64,000 bases of DNA from the NCBI GenBank assembly GCA_963706575.1, contig CAVPNL010000005.1, positions 1 to 64,000 on the forward strand, given 5' to 3'. Position 1 is the stretch's first letter, and each line of letters opens with the position of its first letter. Positions 10,467-20,052 of this stretch are shown one piece after another. Origin of the DNA: an uncultured delta proteobacterium (lineage in GTDB: Bacteria; Desulfobacterota; Desulfobacteria; Desulfobacterales; JAHEIW01). A program made the position numbers and the translations under genes. A model generated the notes under the pieces. That model searched no databases, was not told where the DNA came from, and saw nothing but the letters and a program-made list of their open reading frames with translations.

Positions 10467-11897
10467 ATGGTAATGGGCGAATTGGAGCAGGAAAGCGATG
10501 TCCTGGTTATCGGCAGCGGACCGGGTGGCTATGCGGCCGCTTTTCGCGCCGCCGACCTGGGGTTGGACGTGACCATGGTGGATCCGGCCCGACGGCCGGG
10601 CGGTGTATGTCTTTATAAAGGCTGTATTCCTTCCAAGACATTTCTTTTTTTAGCCGAACTGATTCACGATGCCGCCCGCGCAGAAAGCATGGGCATCACT
10701 TTCGGCAAACCCCGCATCGATCTTAGCGCCTTACGCAAATGGAAAGGCGATGTCATCGATTCAATGGCCAACGGTCTGGTCAGTTTGAGCGATCGACGCG
10801 GTGTTCAATTGTTACAGGGGCGGGCGCAATTTGAAAGCTCGCATACGGCACGAATATACGATAGCGAAGTCAGCCGGATCAAATTTCGTCATGCGATTGT
10901 TGCGACGGGCTCCCGCCCGATTGCGTTTCCGGGAAACGAGTTTAAATCCGGCGGCCGAATCATGAGTTCCACCGGTGCGTTGGCCCTGGCAGATGTGCCG
11001 CCGACCCTGCTAATAATTGGAGGCGGTTACGTCGGCCTTGAACTGGGTATGGTTTACGCCGCTCTGGGCAGCCGGGTGAGCCTGGTTGAACTGGAAGACC
11101 GGCTGCTGGCCGGTGTTGACGAGGACCTGATCAGGCCTTTGCAGCAACGGTTAACTACGCTCTTTGCAACCATCAGCCTGCAGACAAAAGTGGTTTCCAT
11201 GAAGACAGACGAAAGCGGCGTTGATGTCATTTTGGAGGGCAAGGTCGAAAAAGCTGAGCAGCGTTTTGAGCGGGTGCTGGTGGCCATCGGCCGCAAAGCC
11301 AATTCACAGGATATCGGCCTTGAAAACACCAGCGTGAAAATTGATGAAAAGGGTTTCATAAAAGTGGATGCTCAGCAGCGCACCGCCGATGAGCGGATAT
11401 TTGCGGTTGGAGACGTGGTTGGCGGAATGATGCTGGCGCATAAAGCTACCCGTGAGGGCAAGGTAGCGGCTGAAGTTATTGCCGGCGAGCCCTCAGCCTT
11501 TGATGTTCGCGCCATTCCGGCTGTGGTTTATACCGATCCCCAGATCGCCTGGTGCGGCCTAACCGAAGAAGAGGCCCGCAAGGAAAATATCGAAGTCAAG
11601 GTTCAGCGGTTTCCCTGGAAATTTTCAGGCCGTGCCACGACCATGGGCGCGCCGGAAGGCATGACCAAAATCATTGCTGATCCTCAAACGGGTCGGATTC
11701 TGGGCGTTGGGATATGTGGTCGCGATACGGAAGGATTGATCTCCGAAGGTGTCTTGGCCATTGAAATGGGGGCATTGGCCGAGGATATGGCTCTCAGCAT
11801 TCACCCCCATCCCACGCTTTCGGAAACCGAGGGCGAAGCGGCCGAACTTTATCTGGGCAGCGCCACCCATATTCTATCTAAAAAAATAAAGTCTTAA
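10467..11897 (+). CDS. lpdA: dihydrolipoyl dehydrogenase E3
   Basis: IGSGPGGY, GGVCLYKGCIPSK, LAHKA, HPHPTLSE; start moved to MVMGEL because the ORF-track extension runs through intergenic repeat. Confidence 0.93.
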   Translation: MVMGELEQESDVLVIGSGPGGYAAAFRAADLGLDVTMVDPARRPGGVCLYKGCIPSKTFLFLAELIHDAARAESMGITFGKPRIDLSALRKWKGDVIDSMANGLVSLSDRRGVQLLQGRAQFESSHTARIYDSEVSRIKFRHAIVATGSRPIAFPGNEFKSGGRIMSSTGALALADVPPTLLIIGGGYVGLELGMVYAALGSRVSLVELEDRLLAGVDEDLIRPLQQRLTTLFATISLQTKVVSMKTDESGVDVILEGKVEKAEQRFERVLVAIGRKANSQDIGLENTSVKIDEKGFIKVDAQQRTADERIFAVGDVVGGMMLAHKATREGKVAAEVIAGEPSAFDVRAIPAVVYTDPQIAWCGLTEEEARKENIEVKVQRFPWKFSGRATTMGAPEGMTKIIADPQTGRILGVGICGRDTEGLISEGVLAIEMGALAEDMALSIHPHPTLSETEGEAAELYLGSATHILSKKIKS

Positions 11898-11927
11898 TCA
11901 TTTCCCAGCAGATTTCTATAATCGCTT

Positions 11928-12407
11928 TTATTGATTTGCCAATGCCTTTTCGTTAAAACATTTTTCTATGACATATTCAAATTGACGGTAACAGGTGTCA
12001 TTGTAGACTTTGTCTTTGAAGTAGCGTTTTATATCATCCTTTTTGCTCCAATCACAACCTGTTAGAGCTTTACAATCAGTTTCAGCAAACCGATTGATGA
12101 AACCATTGAACAGTTCATCGACAGATTTGATTGCATTTAGCCTCTTCTCATCCTTTAGTTTCGGTGCATCGGTTGAATCTATGCCATTTAGAAATCCTAA
12201 ATAGATAGAACCACCAAAAAGTATACCGCATATTGTCTTGCCTGAATTTATTGCTCCCATATACCCAGCTGTTGCCCATTGATAGGGAGTGGCATCCCAG
12301 CCCGCTTCTTCCCTCAAAACTTGAAGGATAGCTTCAGCTCAAGTATATTGCTCTGCCATCAGTTGGACTCCCTTCTCCCAAAGGGCTTTTACCCGATCAT
12401 CGTTCAT
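11928..12407 (-). CDS. C-GCAxxG-C-C family putative redox protein, probable selenoprotein (Sec at codon 23)
   Basis: AAGGAG RBS, ATG at 12407; reads MNDDRVKALWEKGVQLMAEQYT-TGA-AEAILQVL; TGA (12341-12339) occupies the first conserved Cys; TICG, TDC and TC follow; hairpin after the UGA. Confidence 0.8.
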
Positions 12408-12420
12408 TTTTTTCTCCTTA

Positions 12421-14067
12421 TTAAGTTTCCTTTGCCTTTTTTCTTAATTCAAATTTTTGGATTTTACCGGTTGACGTCTTCGGTAACTCGCCAAATGTGA
12501 TAAATTTGGGTCGCTTGAATCCGGCCATATGTTCCCTGCAAAAATCGATTAATTCGGCTGCCGTCGTTTTTTCATAACCGCGATTGAGCTCTATAAAAGC
12601 GCAGGGGGTCTCGCCCCACTTCTCATCCGGTTTGGCAACCACCGCCACCAGAGACACCGCCGGGTGTTTGGCCAGGACATTTTCGACTTCAACCGAAGAG
12701 ATGTTTTCCCCTCCGGAGATAATGATGTCCTTGGACCGATCCTTGATTTGAATATAGCCGTCCGGGTGCATGACAGCCAAATCCCCGGAGTGAAACCAGC
12801 CATTTTCGAAAGATTTTTCGGTCTCTTCCTTATTTTTGAAATATCCTTTCATGACTGCATTGCCGCGAATCATGATTTCCCCCATGGTCTGGCCATCTTT
12901 TGGCACCGGTTCCATAGTTACGGGATCTAAAACGGTAATTTCTTCCATCATCGGATATCTGACGCCCTGGCGGGCTTTGATTTCGGCCTTTTCCCCGATG
13001 GACAATTCGTCCCAATCCTGATTCCAGGCACAGTGAAGTACATGTCCGTAAGTCTCGGTCAAACCGTAAACGTGCATCACTTCAAAGCCCTGGCTTTCCA
13101 TTTTTTCCAGAATAGCGCTTGGCGGCGGCGCACCCGCTGTCATGGCATAAACCTTATGATCAATTTTGCGCTTTTCATCATCGGGTGCATTGGCGATCAT
13201 ATTCAAGACGATGGGCGCCCCGCCAAAATGGGTAACTTTATGATCAGCGATGAGATCATAGATGTCTTTGGCAACGACATACCGGCAACAGACAATCGTT
13301 CCCGCTAAAGCAGCGATTGTCCACGGGTAGCACCATCCGTTGCAATGAAACATGGGCACCGTGTAAAGATATCTCAGATGATTGGGCATGCTCCACGCGA
13401 TAACACTTCCCATGGACATTAAATAGGCTCCCCGATGGTGGTAGACAACACCTTTGGGCCGGCCGGTTGTCCCGGAAGTATAATTCAGCGCAATCGCCTG
13501 CCACTCATCCTCGGGTTTCTTCCACTGGTAGTCGTTATCCCCCTTTCCAAGAAATTCTTCGTATGTGTATTTCCCAAGACGTTCTCCCTGGCCTTCCTGC
13601 AGAGTTGCCTTCGGATCTTCAATATCGATTACCAAAATATCTTTTTTTAACTTCGTAAGGGCTTCTTTGGCTGCCTGAGAAAACTGGGTATCGACGATAA
13701 AGGCCTTCGAATCTGCGTGATCCAAAATGTATGTGATGGTATCTGCTTCAAGTCTTGTGTTTATCGTGTTGAGAACAGCCCCGGTCATGGGGACCGAGTA
13801 GTGGGTTTCAAAAATTTCAGGGATATTTGGCGCTATGATGGACACCGTATCGCCTAAACCAATACCGTGTTTTTCAAGGGCGCTGGCAAATTTCAGGCAG
13901 CGGTTATAGGTCTCGAGCCAGGTGTAAGTTCGATCTCCGTATATGACGGAAGGATAATTCGGATATACATCCTTGGTTTTTTCAATAAAAGACAAAGGGG
14001 AGAGCGGCACAAAATTCGCAGCATTTTTTCCGAGGTTCGTCTCATAAGGGCTCTTTTTTGAATTCAC
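12421..14067 (-). CDS. acyl-CoA synthetase (AMP-forming; DmdB-like short/medium-chain type)
   Basis: NFVPLSPLSF, YTSGTTGRPKG, PMFHCNGW, YGLTET, WFHSGD, LPKTSTGKIQK. Confidence 0.9.
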   Translation of the reverse strand: MNSKKSPYETNLGKNAANFVPLSPLSFIEKTKDVYPNYPSVIYGDRTYTWLETYNRCLKFASALEKHGIGLGDTVSIIAPNIPEIFETHYSVPMTGAVLNTINTRLEADTITYILDHADSKAFIVDTQFSQAAKEALTKLKKDILVIDIEDPKATLQEGQGERLGKYTYEEFLGKGDNDYQWKKPEDEWQAIALNYTSGTTGRPKGVVYHHRGAYLMSMGSVIAWSMPNHLRYLYTVPMFHCNGWCYPWTIAALAGTIVCCRYVVAKDIYDLIADHKVTHFGGAPIVLNMIANAPDDEKRKIDHKVYAMTAGAPPPSAILEKMESQGFEVMHVYGLTETYGHVLHCAWNQDWDELSIGEKAEIKARQGVRYPMMEEITVLDPVTMEPVPKDGQTMGEIMIRGNAVMKGYFKNKEETEKSFENGWFHSGDLAVMHPDGYIQIKDRSKDIIISGGENISSVEVENVLAKHPAVSLVAVVAKPDEKWGETPCAFIELNRGYEKTTAAELIDFCREHMAGFKRPKFITFGELPKTSTGKIQKFELRKKAKET

Positions 14068-14237
14068 GGTATCCTCCTTATTCTTCTAATTTTGCGAGAT
14101 GGACGGCATAGATTCCACACGGAAGTTCGTTACGAAACATAACAGCGTAAAAAAGATCAATCAAACGAAATATTTAACGGTTGAATTTTGTTGAAACGAA
14201 TTTATCAAAAATTAGACCCGAAATACAACAACAGCTA

Positions 14238-14289
14238 TTGACAAAATATGGGGCCGGTTGTTATAGGAGAGACCGACCGGTCTGTCTCT
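14238..14289 (+). promoter_or_regulatory. sigma70-like promoter and TetR operator
   Basis: TTGACA at 14238, TGTTATAG -10-like box, then 22-bp palindrome AGAGACCGACCGGTCTGTCTCT (14268-14289, one mismatched pair). Confidence 0.7.
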
Positions 14290-14314
14290 TTTGAAAGCCG
14301 ACTTGAGGATAGGA

Positions 14315-14905
14315 ATGAATCTTAAAGAAAAAATTATACACGAGTCCCTGAAACTGTTCTCTTTAAAGGGATTTTTAGGCACATCGATTCACGATATTTT
14401 AGAAGCGACGGATACGTCTAAAGGCGGATTTTATAATCATTTCTCAAGTAAAGAAGACCTGTTTTTCCAGGTGATAGATGAAGCCCGGAAAATTTGGCGG
14501 GAAAAAAACCTGAAAGGTCTGGATCAAATTGAAAATCCGACTGAAAAAATCAAACGGCTACTGAAAAATTATAAAGACCGTTACCTGAAGGATGCAGATA
14601 ACTTTCCCGGCGGCTGCGTTTTTGTCACCCTTTCCGCCGAACTTAACCATCAGCGCCCCCAATTATCAAAGGAGCTTGAAAAAGGGTTTATCGGGCTGAA
14701 AGGCATGCTAAATAGACTTTTAGAAGAGGGAAAAGAATCCGGTGAATTGATAAAGGCGGTGAACACCGACACGGTTACCGAAATTTTGTTCAGCGGCATG
14801 TTGGGTGCTTCTTTATCATTTGGAGTGAACAAATCGAAAAAAAGTCTCGATAAATCGATTAACGCATTGATCGAATATCTTGAACAGCTGCAAATCCCTG
14901 ATTGA
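14315..14905 (+). CDS. TetR/AcrR family regulator
   Basis: HTH GTSIHDIL...SKGGFYNHFSSKEDL; GGCVFV motif. Confidence 0.9.
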   Translation: MNLKEKIIHESLKLFSLKGFLGTSIHDILEATDTSKGGFYNHFSSKEDLFFQVIDEARKIWREKNLKGLDQIENPTEKIKRLLKNYKDRYLKDADNFPGGCVFVTLSAELNHQRPQLSKELEKGFIGLKGMLNRLLEEGKESGELIKAVNTDTVTEILFSGMLGASLSFGVNKSKKSLDKSINALIEYLEQLQIPD

Positions 14906-14998
14906 GTGATCTCAATAAGGAATTAACAATTAACAAATAACGATTAACGCCTCTGAAGCGTTGCCGCTCCAGGGGGGATGAGGAAAGGAGGGTTAACC

Positions 14999-16135
14999 AT
15001 GATTGATTTTACCTTTACCGAAGAACAGGAAATGTTTAGAAAAGCGGCGCGTGAATTTGCGGAAACCCAGGTAGCACCCCACGTAGAAGAGATGGAAAAA
15101 ACAGGCGAGGTCAGCGATGCAGTTGTAAAAGCGCTGGGCGAGGCCGAGATGATGGCTATCACCATCCCGGAGGAATACGGCGGCCTGGGGTTGGGGTATA
15201 CCGAGCGCATGATAGCGGTTGAGGAAATCAGCCGGGTATCGGTAGCCACCGGCATGATGCTTCAGGTTTTTGCGCTGGGGATCGAGCCGATTGTAAAATT
15301 CGGCAGTGAAGAACTAAAAAAGAAATACCTGCCCGGTTTGGCGACAGGCGAAAGACTGTCCACCACGGCGGTAACCGAGGCCACCGGTGGGTCCGATCCG
15401 ACCGGCATCAGATCCGCTTACAAAAAAGAGGGTGATAATTTTATTCTTAACGGCCGCAAATGCTTTATTACCAACTCCCATATCGCCGATACGATTACCG
15501 TTCTGGCAAAAGACGAAGAAAATCCCAAAGCGTTTTGCGCGTTTGTTCTGGATAAAGACATGCAGGGCTGGAAGGCCACCCATAAGGAGCACAAAGTCGG
15601 TATGCGCGGCTGCAATACCGGTGAGCTGGCATTCGAAAATTGTGTAATACCGGCAACTCAATTGCTGGGAGAAGAAGGCAAAGGCCTGCGGGTGACCATG
15701 GCGGCCATCGGTGATGTCGGCCGGGGGGGGATGGTCGGCGTTGCTTTAGGGCTGCAGGCTGCCTGTCTGGAAGAATCCATCAAATTTGCCAATGAAAGAA
15801 TTCTTTACGGCAAACCGATTGCTGCTTTGCAGACCATTCAAAACAAACTGGCGGATATGAAAATCGATTTAGAAGCCGGCCGTCTGCTGGGTTATCGTGC
15901 GGCAGCGATGCAGGATGCGGGCCAGCGTTCAAGTAACGAATTTGCCGTCGCCAAATATTATACCACCGAAGCCTGCCAGCGAGCTGCCAAAATGGCAGTC
16001 GATATCCACGGCGGATATGGCTGCATGGAGGAATATGCGGTTTCACGATATTTACGTGATTCTTATGTGGTCGGGCCGTCAGCCGGCACCTCAGATATTA
16101 TGAAGGTTATCATCGGCCGCTGGGTATTGTCTTAG
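14999..16135 (+). CDS. acyl-CoA dehydrogenase-family flavoprotein with atypical active site
   Basis: PEEYGGLG, TE..GGSD, LNGRKCFITN, HGGYG; PSAGT replaces YEGT. Confidence 0.88.
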   Translation: MIDFTFTEEQEMFRKAAREFAETQVAPHVEEMEKTGEVSDAVVKALGEAEMMAITIPEEYGGLGLGYTERMIAVEEISRVSVATGMMLQVFALGIEPIVKFGSEELKKKYLPGLATGERLSTTAVTEATGGSDPTGIRSAYKKEGDNFILNGRKCFITNSHIADTITVLAKDEENPKAFCAFVLDKDMQGWKATHKEHKVGMRGCNTGELAFENCVIPATQLLGEEGKGLRVTMAAIGDVGRGGMVGVALGLQAACLEESIKFANERILYGKPIAALQTIQNKLADMKIDLEAGRLLGYRAAAMQDAGQRSSNEFAVAKYYTTEACQRAAKMAVDIHGGYGCMEEYAVSRYLRDSYVVGPSAGTSDIMKVIIGRWVLS

Positions 16136-16188
16136 ATTTATTGGGGATTGAGGAATACCTCAATCCCCTTCTAAAAGAGGACATAAAA

Positions 16189-16989
16189 ATGCTCAATATT
16201 GTTGTTTGTGTCAAAGCCGTTCCCGATCCCAAAGAGGCGTGCAATATTAAGATCGATCCGGACACCAAAACCTTAATGCGGTGTGATGTTCCACTGGTGC
16301 TAAATCCGCTTGATAAAAACGCCATGGAGGCTGCGCTGCAGCTCAAAGCGCAATTTGATGCCCACATTTCTGTGCTCAGTATGGGACCTCCCGAGGCGGG
16401 CAATATCGTCAAAGAATGTCTGGCGCTGGGTGCGGATCAGGGCGTTTTGCTTTCTGACCCGGCTTTTGGCGGCGCGGATGCCTATGCAACCGCCTTTACG
16501 CTTGCCAAAGGCATCCAAAAGATCGGTTCCTTTGACGTGATATTTTGCGGCATGGCCAGCAGCGACGGCAGCACCGAATGGGTGGGCCCGGAAATCGCGA
16601 CATTTCTGGATTTGCCGGTTGTGACTCTGGTAAAGGAAATCGTCAACTGTGACGGTGCAAGCTGGAAGGTAAAAGCCAGTGTCGAAAGCGGGTACCGATT
16701 AATGCAGGTCGAGCTTCCCGCCGTTTTTACGGTAACCCGCGAATTGAACACGCCCAGGACCTTGAGTTTTTCTGGAATTATCAAGGCCCGCAAAAAAGAA
16801 ATTGAGCAGTGGGGTATCGATGACCTGGGCGTAACCCATGAATCCGTAGGTTTAAAAGGTTCCCCGACCATCGTTTCCGAACTTAGCGCCCAGGAAGAAA
16901 ATAAAAGACAGGCTGAGATGATAACCGGTACCCGTGATGAAAAGGCGGATATGCTGGTACAAAAACTGGTGGATGCGGGAGTGTTATAG
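16189..16989 (+). CDS. etfB: electron transfer flavoprotein beta subunit
   Basis: IVVCVKAVPD, NPLD..AMEAAL, SMGPP, GADAYATA, GLKGSPT. Confidence 0.9.
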   Translation: MLNIVVCVKAVPDPKEACNIKIDPDTKTLMRCDVPLVLNPLDKNAMEAALQLKAQFDAHISVLSMGPPEAGNIVKECLALGADQGVLLSDPAFGGADAYATAFTLAKGIQKIGSFDVIFCGMASSDGSTEWVGPEIATFLDLPVVTLVKEIVNCDGASWKVKASVESGYRLMQVELPAVFTVTRELNTPRTLSFSGIIKARKKEIEQWGIDDLGVTHESVGLKGSPTIVSELSAQEENKRQAEMITGTRDEKADMLVQKLVDAGVL

Positions 16990-17026
16990 CCCTCCAACAC
17001 GTGTAAAAAAGAAAGGTTTTGAATAG

Positions 17027-18031
17027 ATGGGAACAGATCATAGCGCCGTTTGGGTCATTGCCGAACAAATTGACTGTCACCTTCAATCCGTATCGCTGCA
17101 ATTAACCGGCCAGGCCCGGAAACTGGCGGATCAACTTCAAACTTCCGTCGAAGCCATCCTGCTGGGGGACAACGTCGAAGAACCGGCCCGCCAGTTGATT
17201 GCCGCCGGGGCTGACAGGGTCTATCTGGGGAATGCTCCCGAATTGGAAGTTTATCAGCCTGAGCCGTATACGGAAATCGTCGTTAATCTTGCCTCAGAAC
17301 ATCAACCCGAAATCATTCTCATCGGCTCGACCGATATGGGACGCGAGCTGGCGCCGCTGGTGGCGGCTCGGTTGAAAACCGGTTTGACCGCCCATTGCAT
17401 TGATTTTGGGCTGGATAAGGAATTGATTCTGGAGCAACGCATACCGGCCTACGGCGGGTTGCTTTCGATCGTATGTCCTGAAAAACGACCGCAGATGGCG
17501 ACCGCCGCCAAAGGGGTTTTCCCGACACCCGAGCCGGACGATTCCCGTACCGGTGAGACCATGATGATTGATATTCCGACCGATCTTGCCGGCCGCGTTA
17601 AAACCCTGGAAATCATCCGCGAAGAACCGCAAGGGGTGCCCCTTGAAACGGCAGCCACCATTGTGGCCGGAGGCGCCGGGGCAGGCGACAGCGAAGGCTG
17701 GAACGATATAGCCGAACTGGCCGCGACCCTCAATGCCGCCTTAGGCTCGACACGTCCGGCGGTTGATGAAGGCTGGACCGAACTGGAAACCATGATCGGG
17801 CAGAGCGGAAAAATGGTCAGCCCGGAGGTCTATATCGGTGTGGGATTGTCGGGTGAACAGCAGCATATGGTGGGTATCGTCGGGGCCCGGGTCATGATCG
17901 CGATCAACAATGATGCCAGATCACCGATATTTGAGCAGGTGGATTACGGCGTTGTCGATGACTGCCGTGAGTTTATTCCGGAGCTTATTAAAAAAATAAG
18001 GGCCTATCAGGAGAAACAGCTAACTTGCTGA
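17027..18031 (+). CDS. etfA: electron transfer flavoprotein alpha subunit
   Basis: GRELAP..AARL.TGLTAHC, STRPAVD.GW, IGQSGK, AINND..SPIF. Confidence 0.9.
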   Translation: MGTDHSAVWVIAEQIDCHLQSVSLQLTGQARKLADQLQTSVEAILLGDNVEEPARQLIAAGADRVYLGNAPELEVYQPEPYTEIVVNLASEHQPEIILIGSTDMGRELAPLVAARLKTGLTAHCIDFGLDKELILEQRIPAYGGLLSIVCPEKRPQMATAAKGVFPTPEPDDSRTGETMMIDIPTDLAGRVKTLEIIREEPQGVPLETAATIVAGGAGAGDSEGWNDIAELAATLNAALGSTRPAVDEGWTELETMIGQSGKMVSPEVYIGVGLSGEQQHMVGIVGARVMIAINNDARSPIFEQVDYGVVDDCREFIPELIKKIRAYQEKQLTC

Positions 18032-18117
18032 ACGATAAATTTTGGGATTGGTGCTGTTTGTCTCCGATCCTTAATTATTAATCAGCTACAACATATTTAT
18101 TTTACAAGGAGGTCATA

Positions 18118-18900
18118 ATGGCAGATTTGAAAGAAGTCGAACAGGCATTTAATAACTACATCCGGCCGCTCACCTTTCCGCTGGCGATTAAGATGCTGAA
18201 ATCGGAAGACGAAATACCTGAAAAGACGCGTCGACCCTTTCAGCAAATGAAAAAAAAGGTCGCCATTTGCCAGGGAATCGGCATGGCCAGGAAATTGGGC
18301 TGGGCGGTGGCGATGGGCAAAGAGGACATGCAATGTGCTCTGGGGGCCGCACCCTTTGGGTTTTTTAAGAATATTGATTTCTATAACGAAGGCAACATTG
18401 CCGCCGGCATGTTTACCGCTTCGAAGGAAATCGGAAAAAGGGAAGAAGACCTCATCGATCGTTTCGAGCACGGGCTTTACAGCCATATTCTGGTTGCCCC
18501 TCTAAGCCGTGCGGCTTTTGAGCCGGAACTGTTTATGGTGTATGGGAATCCGGCCCAAATTATGCGGCTCATCCAGGGTGCACTTTATAACGAAGGGGGA
18601 GCGGTTTCTTCTTCATCCATGGGTAGGCTGGGTTGCGCAACGATTATTACCGCAATAACCCATGATGAATGCCGCTATGTCGTTCCCGGCAACGGCGACC
18701 GGGTTTTCGGAATGACTCAGGATTACGAGATGGCTTTCATGATTCCGGCGTCGAAGATGGACACGGTTTTGGACGGATTGGCCAAAACCCATAAATCCGG
18801 TGTGCGTTATCCGATCACCAGTTTTTTTAATTTTCAAGCAACATTTCCGCCATCCTATCAGGAACAGATGAAGATCTGGGAAGAAGAGGGAGAATTATAA
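18118..18900 (+). CDS. DUF169 family protein
   Basis: PLAIKML, ICQ...AR, C.LGA, YGNPAQIMRL, PG.GDR.F. Confidence 0.75.
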   Translation: MADLKEVEQAFNNYIRPLTFPLAIKMLKSEDEIPEKTRRPFQQMKKKVAICQGIGMARKLGWAVAMGKEDMQCALGAAPFGFFKNIDFYNEGNIAAGMFTASKEIGKREEDLIDRFEHGLYSHILVAPLSRAAFEPELFMVYGNPAQIMRLIQGALYNEGGAVSSSSMGRLGCATIITAITHDECRYVVPGNGDRVFGMTQDYEMAFMIPASKMDTVLDGLAKTHKSGVRYPITSFFNFQATFPPSYQEQMKIWEEEGEL

Positions 18901-19944
18901 ATGGATGCCCTGACCGGAAAGCAAAGAATTGGTGCGGCCTTTAAAAATACGTTTGCCGATGAGAAACTTCAGATGGACCGGATCCCGGCGTATCTCATCA
19001 CCGGTCAGTGCAACACCCAGCTTATCGGTGTGTCCATCAAGGAATGGCTGTTGGATCCTCAAGTTTTTGTAAAGGCTCAGGTGGCGGCCTATGAACGCTA
19101 TAAGCCCGATATCCTTGTGATGATGTGGGATCTGTTAACGGACGCAGAGGCCATCGGCAATGAGCTCAAATATCCCGAGGACAGCCTCTGCATCTCCACA
19201 AAATCGGCCCTGGAAGACAAGACCAAGCTGAGCAGTCTGCAACTCCCAGATCCCACAAAGGATGGGCGCCTGCCCGGTTATTTAGAGGCGGTGGCTGAAA
19301 CCAAAAAGATTATCACCGATGGAATTGTCTCGGCGGTGATTGCGGGTCCCTGGACCATCGCCATCGGCCTCAGGGGGGCAACTGAACTGATCATGGATGC
19401 CTTAAAAGATCCGGATTATGTTCACGAATTAATGCAATTTTGCACCCAGCAGTCGATAAATTTTGCTGAGGCCATCATTCCGCTGGGAGTGGGCCTCGGG
19501 TATTCTGAAGCCCCGGCTTCCTGCAGCCTGATTTCACCTAAAATGTACCGGTCGTTCGTTTTTCCGTATCACAAACAGATTGTTGATCACTTCAAGACCA
19601 AGAAAGTCGGTGTGGGGCTTCACATTTGTGGATATGCCGACCCCATATTAGAAGACATGGTCGCTACCGGTGTGACCAATATCAGTATTGATGCACCGAC
19701 GGATCTGGCAAAAGCAGTGGCGGCATCCCGGGGCAAGGCGGTCCTGATCGGCAACCTGGATACCAATCTTTTTTATTCGGGCAGCAGGGATGAGATGAAG
19801 CAGGCGGTGAAAAATTGTATTGATCAAGCCCCATCGGACAGCGGCTACATTCTATCATCCGGTTGCGAGGTGCCGGCGATTGCACCGCCGGAAAAGAGTG
19901 AGTGGTTTTATGAACTGGTTGATGAACTCGGTGGGGCCAATTAA
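18901..19944 (+). CDS. UroD/MtaA-CmuA family methyltransferase
   Basis: DAEAIG, DP.KDGRLP, GPWT, LISPKMY, LHICG Zn site, GNLD, LSSGCEVP. Confidence 0.85.
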   Translation: MDALTGKQRIGAAFKNTFADEKLQMDRIPAYLITGQCNTQLIGVSIKEWLLDPQVFVKAQVAAYERYKPDILVMMWDLLTDAEAIGNELKYPEDSLCISTKSALEDKTKLSSLQLPDPTKDGRLPGYLEAVAETKKIITDGIVSAVIAGPWTIAIGLRGATELIMDALKDPDYVHELMQFCTQQSINFAEAIIPLGVGLGYSEAPASCSLISPKMYRSFVFPYHKQIVDHFKTKKVGVGLHICGYADPILEDMVATGVTNISIDAPTDLAKAVAASRGKAVLIGNLDTNLFYSGSRDEMKQAVKNCIDQAPSDSGYILSSGCEVPAIAPPEKSEWFYELVDELGGAN

Positions 19945-20052
19945 GGCACTAAGTGCCCATTTTTAGATCAGCAAGAAAATCTTTCTGATCCACGCTTCTA
20001 ATTTTGCTGGATGGACCTCGGTGCCTTTTTTTTAAGGGTAAGAGCAGCCTAT

